NCBI GenBank assembly: GCA_022509065.1
Contig: JAFLTY010000003.1
Location: forward strand, 1,900-65,899
From: Muribaculaceae bacterium
Lineage (GTDB): Bacteria; Bacteroidota; Bacteroidia; Bacteroidales; Muribaculaceae
Direction: 5' to 3'
DNA: 64,000 nt
The first letter of the stretch is position 1; each line of letters begins with the position of its first letter. A program made the translations under genes and the position numbers. The notes under the pieces are model-generated. The model saw only the letters and a program-made list of their open reading frames with translations. It had not been told where the DNA came from and made no database searches. Positions 1 to 9,350 of this stretch are shown here, one piece after another.

Positions 1-700
1 CCTCGACGTTTCCGGGACGTGAACCGTCGGCAATCTCACATATATCTTTGGGCTCGAGGTTGTGATTATAGTCACCGGAGGCCTCGGCATAAACACGCTT
101 GATGGCACGCACGGCAACACCCTCTTCGACTATGATGCCGTTTTTGGTTTTATGAGGCAGACAGAATGTCTCGACGCACGAGTTATCGCCTTGGTTCAAC
201 TTGCCGTTGATGACAAGTCCCACACCGAAACCTGTGCCGAAAGTGTAACCGAGCAGATTCTTGTAACGCTTGGTGCTTCCGGCTTCGGCCAACCTGCGGT
301 TCAAATCGGGGAGAGCTCCACAAAGCGCCTCGCCGTATGCGAAAAGGTCGCCGTCATTGTTGATATAAACCGGAATGCCAAACTCATTCTGGAGAAAAGC
401 CCCGAGTGCCACCCCATCACGGAACGACGGAAAATTGGGCAGGTAGCCGCCTATGATGCCGTTAGGATAGTCAGCGGGACCCGGGAATGCGAAGCTTATA
501 GCCACCGGTTTCTCGTCAAGCGAGTCGATGACCTGTCGGAAGCCTTTCACCATGGTGTCCAGACACATGTCCAAATCATGGGCGTTGGACGGATAGGTGA
601 CCGGATCAGTGATATACTCGCAACCACGCATGGCGCCGAACACCAGATTGGTGCCACCGGCGTCGAGGGTTATAACTATACGATTGTCGTGAATGTACAT
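1..700 (-). CDS. ROK/ASKHA-type sugar kinase (glucokinase-like); C-terminal part lies beyond the left window edge
   Basis: Absent from the ORF track because there is no stop in the window. The reverse complement from the ATG (rc of 698-700) reads MYIHDNRIVITLDAGGTNLVFGAM...PVAISFAFPGPADYPNGIIGG...LGYTFGTGFGVGLVINGKL. It has the DxGGT phosphate-1 motif and G-rich ASKHA blocks. The listed + ORF 62..718 is its antisense shadow. Confidence 0.6.
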   Translation of the reverse strand, partial: MYIHDNRIVITLDAGGTNLVFGAMRGCEYITDPVTYPSNAHDLDMCLDTMVKGFRQVIDSLDEKPVAISFAFPGPADYPNGIIGGYLPNFPSFRDGVALGAFLQNEFGIPVYINNDGDLFAYGEALCGALPDLNRRLAEAGSTKRYKNLLGYTFGTGFGVGLVINGKLNQGDNSCVETFCLPHKTKNGIIVEEGVAVRAIKRVYAEASGDYNHNLEPKDICEIADGSRPGNVE

Positions 701-734
701 AACGATATATGTTTTTAATGTTGATGAATATTCT

Positions 735-2984
735 TTATTTGCGCGTAAGTCGGTTCAATTGCCGGTTGGGTTGCAGGACATTGCCAACTGTTTTTGTCAG
801 CGGCTTTTTCTGATTGAATGACGCTGTTGCCCTTATATCGTTAGCAGAGGCTCCGAACATCAACCGGTAATTGCCGGCTTCGGTTTGCCACTGCGACGAG
901 TCCTCGTTAAACGATGCCAAATCCATGCTGTTAACCACAAATCTGAGTGTCTGGCTCTCACCGGGCTGTAAGGCGGCAGTCTTTGCGAATCCCTTTAATT
1001 CAAAAACCGGTTTCTCCATCTCACCGGCCGGAGCACCCACATACAGCTGCACAACCTCCTTGCCGGGGGCGTTGCCGGTGTTTTTAACATCTATACTGGC
1101 TTCGAAACCATCTCTTGTCGCGCGTACGACAGGTTTGCCATATTCGAATTCGGTATAACTCAGACCATAGCCGAAAGGATAAGACACCGGTTTATCGAAC
1201 GAGGTAAAATATCTGTATCCCACATAAATGTCTTCGTCATGGAGCGTGTAATCGTGATTGCGACGTGCATCGCCAAAGTCGGAGCCGCTTCCAGTGGGGA
1301 AATTGTTGTTTGCCGGGACATCTGAGACAGTCAGAGGGAACGTCATCGACAGTTTTCCGGATGGAAACGCCACGCCTGATATGACATCGGCCACTGCATT
1401 GCCTGCTTCCTGACCAGGTTGCCACGCCAGCAAGATGGCATCGGGGATATGTTTCCACGAAGCTGTTTCCATGACTCCACCGGTATTGAGCACCACTATC
1501 ACTTTCTTGCCAAGAGCGTGGAAGGCCTCCGTCACTCTTTCGAGCAATGCGCGCTCGTCGTTACTTATGTTAAAGTCATTGTCTATATGCCTGTCTGCCC
1601 ATTCGCCGGCCTGGCGACCGAATGTTATGACAGCGACATCATTATCTTCTGCGAGTCGAGCTATATTGCGATCTGAAAGCACTGGTTCGAAGTCAGCCGA
1701 CCATTCGCCGGCTATTTCCTTTGTCTTCTCACGCAAGTTTCTCTGTGCCTCGTAATAGTTTTTCAGTCTACCGTCTACTTGAAATCCGGCGTTAGTCAAC
1801 CCATCACTCAGGTTGACTATATAAGCCTTATTGACATCGCCCGACCCAAGTCCTCCGGCCATAAAATCGTATGATGTTCGGCCAAAAAGGGCTACTTTTC
1901 CAGGATTGACTATGGGTAAAGCGCTGTCGCGGTTTTCAAGAAGCACCATCCCTTCGGGAGCGGCAGAGCGTGTCAACGCCGCATGAGCTTTCAAATCAGG
2001 TTTGTTACTAAAGCTGTATCCCTTATAATGAGGTGTTTTGAGAATCAAATCAAGGACATGACGTACCTGACGATCTACATCTTCCATTGACAACGATCCG
2101 TTCCGGACGCTTTCTATAATATCTGTTTCCTGTTCGGCATATCCTGGCATCAGCAGTGAATTTCCGGCATATACTCTTTCAGCTGACGGTCGTCCGTCTG
2201 TCCAGTCGGTCATTATCAAGCCGTCATATCCCCATTCGTCACGCAATATGTCGGTCAGAAGCTCCCGACTTGACTGAGTCCATGTGCCGTTAAGACGGTT
2301 GTAACTGGACATTATTGTCCAAGGGTTGGATTTCGACAATGCTATCTGGAAAGGTTTGAGGTAAATCTCACGTAAGGCACGCTGGGACACGACCTCATCC
2401 ACTTCAAAGCGGTTGGTTTCCTGCGAGTTGACAGCAAAATGCTTCACGCTTGTTCCAACTCCGTTGGATTGCACGCCGTTGACATAAGCCGCGGCTATAT
2501 TTCCGGCGAGCACCGGATCCTCCGAGAAATATTCGAAATCACGGCCACATAACGGACTGCGATGAATGTTGATTCCTGGCGCAAGTAAGACATCGCATCC
2601 GTATTCGAGCACCTCATTACCAATGGCAGCTCCTATCTCCTCAACCAAATCGGTGTTCCATGTGCAAGCCAACGCTGTCCCTATGGGAAAGCCTGTTGCG
2701 TAATACGTGGCTGTGTCACCGGGACGCGTCGGAGCGATACGCACACCGGCAGGACCGTCGGTCAGCGCCACAGGAGGTAACCCGAACCGTTCGATATCCT
2801 GGATAACACCTGCTGCTCCGGGAACTCCTTTACCATTGTCGTAGCGGCCTACCAACAACCGTGCTTTTTCTTCGAGAGTTAGCTCTTTTATGACTTCATC
2901 AATGTTGTCCGGAGTGAGAAGTGTCTGCTGAGCATTTGTGATTACGGCAATCAAGAGCGTAAAGGTGAATATCGTCTTTTTCAT
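735..2984 (-). CDS. GH3 family beta-glucosidase-like exo-glycosidase (secreted)
   Basis: GH3 motifs are present: LTDGPAGVRI, KHFAVNSQETNR and GLIMTDW (nucleophile Asp context). Signal peptide MKKTIFTFTLLIAVITNA starts at the ATG at 2984. The track start 3014 is a TTG. Confidence 0.85.
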   Translation of the reverse strand: MKKTIFTFTLLIAVITNAQQTLLTPDNIDEVIKELTLEEKARLLVGRYDNGKGVPGAAGVIQDIERFGLPPVALTDGPAGVRIAPTRPGDTATYYATGFPIGTALACTWNTDLVEEIGAAIGNEVLEYGCDVLLAPGINIHRSPLCGRDFEYFSEDPVLAGNIAAAYVNGVQSNGVGTSVKHFAVNSQETNRFEVDEVVSQRALREIYLKPFQIALSKSNPWTIMSSYNRLNGTWTQSSRELLTDILRDEWGYDGLIMTDWTDGRPSAERVYAGNSLLMPGYAEQETDIIESVRNGSLSMEDVDRQVRHVLDLILKTPHYKGYSFSNKPDLKAHAALTRSAAPEGMVLLENRDSALPIVNPGKVALFGRTSYDFMAGGLGSGDVNKAYIVNLSDGLTNAGFQVDGRLKNYYEAQRNLREKTKEIAGEWSADFEPVLSDRNIARLAEDNDVAVITFGRQAGEWADRHIDNDFNISNDERALLERVTEAFHALGKKVIVVLNTGGVMETASWKHIPDAILLAWQPGQEAGNAVADVISGVAFPSGKLSMTFPLTVSDVPANNNFPTGSGSDFGDARRNHDYTLHDEDIYVGYRYFTSFDKPVSYPFGYGLSYTEFEYGKPVVRATRDGFEASIDVKNTGNAPGKEVVQLYVGAPAGEMEKPVFELKGFAKTAALQPGESQTLRFVVNSMDLASFNEDSSQWQTEAGNYRLMFGASANDIRATASFNQKKPLTKTVGNVLQPNRQLNRLTRK

Positions 2985-3010
2985 ATTGTCGTTTTTTATT
3001 ATACTATAAA

Positions 3011-4948
3011 TCAATGATTATCATACACATGGATTCGGTTTATGAAATGCATTGCTGACCCGTCTGTCGAGGTTGTCAAAGCGGCATCCCCTACTCCGCG
3101 CCCGGTTAACGTGTTCGCGGTCGATATTCCTGAGACCTTAATCTCGTTAAGGCTCTGTGCAAAGTTAACAATTTTGCCATTGTTGTCAAGTTTCATCGGA
3201 GAATATATTTCGAGACTTGACTTGAGCATTTCGCCGTCATGATGGGCTCGCATTTCGTCTTCGTTCATACCGGCACGCCACAGTGCTATTTCGGACACGC
3301 AGACACTCGATCCAAAATCTTTACTACCGGCAACAGTGAATCCTCCGTTCAAATTTATGTTTTCGTGAACGTGTGCAACCTCTTTTCCATCAATGTACAA
3401 AGCCGTGTATCCGCGCGCATAATAATGAGATAAGGCTATATCGTGCCAATCGCCGTCGTTCACAGCAGACTCTGATGCAGTTACACTGCCATTTCTTGGC
3501 GAGTTGTATGTAACGGTTCCGTCACCGTTAAGCCAAAGAGAGCCGGTGCCTGTTAGACTACCCGTTTCATGCGCGAAATTAAGCAACCGACAGGCACCCG
3601 TTACCTTAACGCGAAAACACAGTGTGAACGGATGCAAAGTTCCTTCGGGGGTGATTACAAGCGTCATATTTTCTTTAAGCTCGATTTGCTGCGATGTGTC
3701 GCGTCGGGGATGTGACTTTCCTGCGAGTATAGCATCGAAAAGCGAAGGGACGAAAGCACACATAAACTCCTTATGGCCTTGAGTGTTGGGATGGGCGACA
3801 TCAGCAATATAACCCACCGACCATTTACCCGTTCCGTCATCGATAGCGCCGAGGGAATTTATCGAAGGGACATCCCACCCGTGAATAAGAAGGTTCATTT
3901 TTTTCACACAGCCATAGTCCGATTCATTATAGTCACCACGGGTGTAATTGTTTACAACGACAGGTATCTTGCCATCGCTTCGCAGTTTATTTATAAGTGT
4001 CAGCATGTTAGTGACAAACCCGTTAAATATCGCTTCTTGATTCGTACTTTCGTGAATTCCCTCGTTGCCCAATGAAAGTCCTATGATGACATAACGGCCA
4101 AAATCGTTAAGAACGTCCGGATATCTGTCAAGAAGATTAGCAGTGTTGTTGCCGCCAATTGATACACCCGATGTATAGAACCCGTTTGGGCTCTCACCGT
4201 CTGCATACCGAGTCCGCAGCTGTTCGCCCAGCAAATAGGCGTAACCATGCATCAACTCAGCGCCTTGGCCGTTGGCCACCGACGAGCCGAAAACAGAAAT
4301 GCGCTCTTCGTCAACCGGGCTGTCTATCGCATAGGTGTAATCGCTCATATCGAGGGTGATGTCGTAGACTCCCCGGTTTATGCGAATGTTTTCGAGACCT
4401 GAAATTTTATTGTCTGACGTTGCTACCCGGAATGTCCCGGGAATGGGACGAACAGCTTGGTTATCATCATTGTTGAAGACGAAATAAAAATAGCGGTTGA
4501 GATATTCGTCGACAGTCTCACCCGACAAATTGACGCTACCGCGCCAGACCCCTTTCCCGACATAATCAAGGCATGTCTCATCGGGTACCACCGTACCTTT
4601 CAATGAAAGGGAAGATATTGGCTTGATTTGGAGCGAAGAGTCTGAGACATCATAGGTCATTTTCACCACAATGGATGTGTCAACAGTCACAGCTACGCCG
4701 TCAGCCGAGACCTTACCATAATCGTCAATTCCCAACGCCACTGCGTTGCCTCGCGAGTCTGTTCCATTCAACGTAAAAGTACCCGGGGACAGGCTAAGGT
4801 AAGATACATACCGATTGTCCAACTGTCGCATAGGCATCTCGCCTTCTTCAACGGCACTTCCCGAGACAGACAGATGTGAGAATTGCACCCCCATTGCCGA
4901 GAGTGCAATAACCATCGAAAGAACTATTATATAGATACGCTTTATCAT
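3011..4948 (-). CDS. Secreted SGNH/GDSL-fold protein with N-terminal beta-sandwich region and C-terminal LamG/concanavalin-like domain
   Basis: SGNH blocks are FGSSVANGQG (I), GLSLGNEG (III) and DVAHPNTQGH (V). The C-terminus LWLNGDGTVTY...DGDWHDIALSHY...LYIDGKEV is LamG-like. The ATG at 4948 (MIKRIYIIVLSMVIALSA) overlaps the upstream stop as ATGA. Confidence 0.7.
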   Translation of the reverse strand: MIKRIYIIVLSMVIALSAMGVQFSHLSVSGSAVEEGEMPMRQLDNRYVSYLSLSPGTFTLNGTDSRGNAVALGIDDYGKVSADGVAVTVDTSIVVKMTYDVSDSSLQIKPISSLSLKGTVVPDETCLDYVGKGVWRGSVNLSGETVDEYLNRYFYFVFNNDDNQAVRPIPGTFRVATSDNKISGLENIRINRGVYDITLDMSDYTYAIDSPVDEERISVFGSSVANGQGAELMHGYAYLLGEQLRTRYADGESPNGFYTSGVSIGGNNTANLLDRYPDVLNDFGRYVIIGLSLGNEGIHESTNQEAIFNGFVTNMLTLINKLRSDGKIPVVVNNYTRGDYNESDYGCVKKMNLLIHGWDVPSINSLGAIDDGTGKWSVGYIADVAHPNTQGHKEFMCAFVPSLFDAILAGKSHPRRDTSQQIELKENMTLVITPEGTLHPFTLCFRVKVTGACRLLNFAHETGSLTGTGSLWLNGDGTVTYNSPRNGSVTASESAVNDGDWHDIALSHYYARGYTALYIDGKEVAHVHENINLNGGFTVAGSKDFGSSVCVSEIALWRAGMNEDEMRAHHDGEMLKSSLEIYSPMKLDNNGKIVNFAQSLNEIKVSGISTANTLTGRGVGDAALTTSTDGSAMHFINRIHVYDNH

Positions 4949-6075
4949 GTCGAAACAACATTTCGAGTATATGTCGCGCGTCTGCTCAATCCCACCATCC
5001 AATGACAACCCGGTATTAATGCTATAATTTTAGCGGTGAGCCAACAACTCAAAAAAGTACACGCGGCAATGGCGGGGATGGCAACAGCGGTATGAAGCGC
5101 CATGTCATCCTTTAGTACTCCTACCCACAACCCGAGCCAGAATATATGCATCAGGTACATGCCGTAACTGAGGTTGGACAACTCGGTTACCAATCGCGGC
5201 GCGGTAGTTTTTTGTATGCAAGTGAAAAGGAGGAACGCTCCGGCAGTCAGTAGGAGACAGTTTATGGTGCAAAAAGACCACCCTATCTCGAGTACGGGGG
5301 TAACGTGCAAGACTCCGGGAACGGCTTGCACGTAGAATGACAATATTGTCCAAACCGCTCCGGCTACAAACAGCGACAGGCCGACAGTCATGCGCTTTTT
5401 GACGCTCCAGTCAAGATGCTTGCGGATATAATGAGCAAGAACCAGATAGCCCAGATAGCCCGAGAAGTACCACAACGCATGGAATTCGTTCCAAAAACAT
5501 TGACCCCATATCTCATCAAAAAATCGGTTTAGATACGGCATACATGTGGACACTGCAAAAAGCATGATGAAAAAACGCTCCTCGCGTGCCGATGCCTTGG
5601 CTAACCACGGCGAGATAACCGGGATGAAAAGGTACAGACTAATCAACGGATACATGAACCACAGATGCCCCGCCAACGTTGGGAAATTGAGCGGCAAACG
5701 CGACAAATCGGTCAGCGAATCTTCTAACTCTATTTGTCCCCACAGCTGAGGCACCGTTGAATAGAGTATCATAAAAAATATAAATGCAGGAAGGATACGC
5801 GCCGCGCGGCGTCGATAAAACATCGATGCCGTCTGTCCCTCGCGGAGGGGCACAAGCAGGAAGGCAGACACTATCATGAAGAGAGGAACAGACATTCGTG
5901 AAATCCCGTCATACACCGACACCCAAAGGCGGTCGGTTTCATTGGCCAGGAAAGACTGCGGTCCCGCCATATCCGTAGCACCGGGCGCACCGTAGAAATT
6001 TTCGCTGGCATGAACGAGCATGACAAGGAAACAGGCGACTATGCGAACATAATCGAGAAAAACTACTCTCTTCAT
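4945..6075 (-). CDS. Acyltransferase-3 (AT3/OafA-type) integral membrane protein
   Basis: The N-terminus MKRVVFLDYVRIVACFLVMLVHA is typical of acyltransferase family 3. About 10 hydrophobic helices run along the 376 aa. Confidence 0.8.
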   Translation of the reverse strand: MKRVVFLDYVRIVACFLVMLVHASENFYGAPGATDMAGPQSFLANETDRLWVSVYDGISRMSVPLFMIVSAFLLVPLREGQTASMFYRRRAARILPAFIFFMILYSTVPQLWGQIELEDSLTDLSRLPLNFPTLAGHLWFMYPLISLYLFIPVISPWLAKASAREERFFIMLFAVSTCMPYLNRFFDEIWGQCFWNEFHALWYFSGYLGYLVLAHYIRKHLDWSVKKRMTVGLSLFVAGAVWTILSFYVQAVPGVLHVTPVLEIGWSFCTINCLLLTAGAFLLFTCIQKTTAPRLVTELSNLSYGMYLMHIFWLGLWVGVLKDDMALHTAVAIPAIAACTFLSCWLTAKIIALIPGCHWMVGLSRRATYTRNVVST

Positions 6076-6094
6076 GATGGTTAGGGTGCCGGGC

Positions 6095-7231
6095 TTATTC
6101 GGCTACCGAAAACTTATAAGTGCAGTTGCTCGTATAGGTTTCACCTGGTCGTACAATCACCGACGGCCATTGTGACTTGTTGGGGCTATCGGGAAAATGC
6201 TGGCTCTCCATACAGATGGCCGCGCGTTTGGGATAGGCGATGCCCTTTTTACCGGTTACCGTTCCGTCAAGGAAGTTGCCGACGTAGAACTGAATTCCGG
6301 GTTCGGTTGTATAAACATCCATCTTAATACCGGTCGAGGGGTCAATTATATAAGCGGCGGGAGCGTTGACATCACGGTTGGAATTAAGCACCATGTTATG
6401 ATCATATCCCATGCCGTTGGCGAGTTGCTCATCGTCGGCATTGATATCCTGACCAACCGGTTTTGCCACTGTGAAGTCAAACGGGGTGCCTACTACCGAG
6501 AGTATCTCGCCCGTTGTCATGAAAGTGGAATCGATGGGAGTGAAGCCCTCGGCATCAAACCAAACAATTTCGTCAAGAATGTCATGCGAGGGGTCGCCAC
6601 TCAGGTTGAAATACGAATGGTTGGTGAGGTTGAGAATGGTAGTCGAGTCTGTTGTAGCCTTATAGGCTATGTCAAGGGCATTGTCATGCGTTAGGGTGTA
6701 CACCACTTCGACATTAACGTTGCCCGGGAAACCGGCCTCACCGTCGGGCGACATCAAAGCCAGGCTTAATGTCGAGTCAGTGACATTGGTCACATCCCAC
6801 ACCGAATGATGAAAACCTTTCGGTCCACCGTGGAGACAATGTCCGTAGTTGTTTTGTGGAAGCTGATATTCACGGCCACAAATCGAGAAATGTCCTTGAT
6901 TGATTCGGTTGCCGTAACGACCTATGAGCGCACCGAAGTTACCGTCCACGTTTATATAGTCAGCTATCGAGTCATGTCCCAAAACAACGTCGACAAACTC
7001 GCCGTTCTTATCGGGAACCATCAGCGATACAACGCGTCCGCCATAATTGGTGATACACGCTTCCAAACCGTTTGCGTTGGTAAGCGTATACAAGCCGACA
7101 TTCTTGCCGTCGACTTCAGCGACAAAATCTTCGGGATTAAGACCGGACTTTGTCAACGTCGTGGTTTCTTCATGGTTGGCACACGAGGCCATCATCAATG
7201 CTGCAGCAGCAATAAAAAAGCAATTCTTCAT
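6095..7231 (-). CDS. Aldose 1-epimerase (mutarotase) with lipoprotein signal peptide
   Basis: Mutarotase blocks are present: GALIGRYGNRI, LHGGPKGFHHSVW, TNHSYFNL. The ATG at 7231 gives MKNCFFIAAAALMMASC (lipobox). The longer track ORF adds an unlikely 29-aa extension. Confidence 0.85.
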   Translation of the reverse strand: MKNCFFIAAAALMMASCANHEETTTLTKSGLNPEDFVAEVDGKNVGLYTLTNANGLEACITNYGGRVVSLMVPDKNGEFVDVVLGHDSIADYINVDGNFGALIGRYGNRINQGHFSICGREYQLPQNNYGHCLHGGPKGFHHSVWDVTNVTDSTLSLALMSPDGEAGFPGNVNVEVVYTLTHDNALDIAYKATTDSTTILNLTNHSYFNLSGDPSHDILDEIVWFDAEGFTPIDSTFMTTGEILSVVGTPFDFTVAKPVGQDINADDEQLANGMGYDHNMVLNSNRDVNAPAAYIIDPSTGIKMDVYTTEPGIQFYVGNFLDGTVTGKKGIAYPKRAAICMESQHFPDSPNKSQWPSVIVRPGETYTSNCTYKFSVAE

Positions 7232-7307
7232 TTTTATTAAGATAATTGGATTGGTTTTATGTCGTGTTTGTATAATTAAGTTTTTACACCGGGGTCGATC
7301 CGGGTTA

Positions 7308-9350
7308 TCACATTTCAACTATTTTTCCGGGCAGTATCATGATGTCGCTTTCGACACGGCGGTCGCCATCATACTGGGCTTTAGTGAACAGCAACCAGAC
7401 AGTGGTGTCGTCATAGAGGAAAAATGAATTATAATAGGCACCGCATTGCGCCGGCAAAACATTGCCCGAAAGTGGTGTTTTAAAGTAATAGAAACCGTGT
7501 CCACTGTTATCGGTCAGAGCTGTCTGTGGCCTCGAAGTCTGCCAAACAGCGCCGGTTTGGTCGGAGTGAGCCATTATGAGGAATTCTCCCGTAGGTAGCT
7601 GTATCATATAAGGAGCGCCAGCACCTGTCTTAAAGCCTGTGCGCCAGCGGTCTTTGTCGTCCTGGGCGTTCCAGGCCAGAGTATCCCACTCTTTGTCCAG
7701 GTCGCGATGTTGTATTGTAGGTGGGATGCCTCCGTTAACACTCTCTTCGATGAACACCACCCCTTTATTGCCCTGCATCACCACGGCAACCGGCATTCCG
7801 TCACGAGCACCTGCCTTATAACTGGCTCGCTTATACTGAGTCCATGTAAGTCCGTTGTCAGTCGAACGTGTGGAGACGATTTCCTGATTCAACGCACCGC
7901 CTTGTTCCCACCACGTGGCTTCGGACGATACCAACAGTTCCAATTCGCCATTGGGCAACTGCACCACTTGGGGCTCCCAAGTGCGACCGCGACCCACCAC
8001 TATGGGGTCGCTCCAGCTCTCGCCACCGTCTTTCGATATGGTAGCCAGAACCTTACAGTTAAAATTTGTCTCCGGATTGGCATTAGCGACACATGTCAGT
8101 ATAACCCAACCGTTTGCCAGTCTGGTCATCTCGGGGTTGACTATACGCCAATATCCGCTACCCAGGAAAGTGTTTGTTTTGTTAAAAATTTCTTCGGCAT
8201 CTGTCCAGGTACGGCCGTTATCGTAACTTTTTGATAGGTAGCAATTATGCCAGGCATCGTTTTCTCCGCCATGATATGCGAGCAATATCTTGTTTTCATC
8301 AACGCGACACATTCTCGGATACTCAACCTGCAGTTTGTCGGGAGTCAGACAAATAAGATTGGTGTTGTCCCAATCTATACCGTGGGTTACAGGTTTCACG
8401 GTCTTATCCACTTCGAAAGTCGAGTAATCAGACCAGGTCGTCACGTTTTTTTCTATTTCAAAAACATCTTCGCCGATGCGCGCTTTGACAACGGCCAAAT
8501 ATGTCGTGCCGGGCGTCAGATTCTTTAAGTTCTGCGAGCAATACTTATTGTTTCCCAAAGCTTTGATATCGCATTTCTCTAAACTTGACTTATCGGCGCC
8601 AAACCACAACTCAGGCTCTTCAGACAGTTCGGTCGTTGATGAGAAGGGTATCTGGACGGTATTTTTTTCGATTATCCAGTCCTCCGAGTCAAAAGCTATT
8701 CCATCTTTTGTTTTTGCGGATTTAGCCGCCCCGAAAAGCACAGAGCCGTCCGCTGTCTTGAAATAGGGACGCAACGAATACGATGTACCGGGAAGGAGTC
8801 CTGCGCAGGTCATCACGAATTGTTCACCCGGCAGACTGTCACCCACTTTAACTCTTTCAATCAGAGTATGGGGACGGTTCAGGCCTCCGAGACTGACAGC
8901 ATATCCGTACTCAGCCAAATCAACGTCAACGAGAAGAGGCGCGCTTACTGTGATGTTTATGTAATCGCTGCCGCTCTCGGCCACGCGACCGCTTATATCA
9001 ACCAATCGAACCTCTCGTACTTCTGTTATCGCAGGACATGAAGGGTCTCCCTCTATGACAACGCGGTAAAGACTCGGAGAGTCATTTTTCATGATATACG
9101 AAAAACTCGGTTTTGTCGCATCTTTGATTGCAGTCCAAGTCTCGCCGTTATCGGTCGATTGCTCCCACTGCAACTTACCATAGTTTTCAGATGTCCAGGT
9201 AATATTAAACTTTACTTCCTGTCCTTGTACGGCATAACAAATCTGACGCTCGGCGTGTATCGTTGTGAAAGCGCTCAACAACGCGAATATGCCCACTAAT
9301 ATTTTTTGCTTCATGACTGTGTTCTTTAAGTATTTACCCCGATTAATCAT
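7308..9350 (-). CDS. BNR/Asp-box repeat, sialidase-fold beta-propeller protein with N-terminal Fn3/Ig-like domains
   Basis: Four Asp-boxes (SxDxGxTW): STDNGETW, SYDNGRTW, SKDGGESW, STDNGLTW. It has a signal peptide. Start is either 9350 (ATGA overlap with the upstream stop) or 9314 (MKQKILVGIF...). Confidence 0.7.
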   Translation of the reverse strand: MINRGKYLKNTVMKQKILVGIFALLSAFTTIHAERQICYAVQGQEVKFNITWTSENYGKLQWEQSTDNGETWTAIKDATKPSFSYIMKNDSPSLYRVVIEGDPSCPAITEVREVRLVDISGRVAESGSDYINITVSAPLLVDVDLAEYGYAVSLGGLNRPHTLIERVKVGDSLPGEQFVMTCAGLLPGTSYSLRPYFKTADGSVLFGAAKSAKTKDGIAFDSEDWIIEKNTVQIPFSSTTELSEEPELWFGADKSSLEKCDIKALGNNKYCSQNLKNLTPGTTYLAVVKARIGEDVFEIEKNVTTWSDYSTFEVDKTVKPVTHGIDWDNTNLICLTPDKLQVEYPRMCRVDENKILLAYHGGENDAWHNCYLSKSYDNGRTWTDAEEIFNKTNTFLGSGYWRIVNPEMTRLANGWVILTCVANANPETNFNCKVLATISKDGGESWSDPIVVGRGRTWEPQVVQLPNGELELLVSSEATWWEQGGALNQEIVSTRSTDNGLTWTQYKRASYKAGARDGMPVAVVMQGNKGVVFIEESVNGGIPPTIQHRDLDKEWDTLAWNAQDDKDRWRTGFKTGAGAPYMIQLPTGEFLIMAHSDQTGAVWQTSRPQTALTDNSGHGFYYFKTPLSGNVLPAQCGAYYNSFFLYDDTTVWLLFTKAQYDGDRRVESDIMILPGKIVEM

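Noticed and set aside
62-718. 218-aa + strand ORF from the track
   Set aside because: It is the antisense shadow of a much better minus-strand reading frame (ROK-type kinase, DxGGT motif, ATG at 700). The + strand product has no recognisable motifs and starts at a non-ATG codon.
7308-9350. Calling the BNR protein a sialidase (GH33, nanH)
   Set aside because: Asp-boxes alone define only the fold. I could not see the FRIP motif, and no sialic-acid utilisation genes are present. It is kept as a sialidase-fold protein of unknown specificity.
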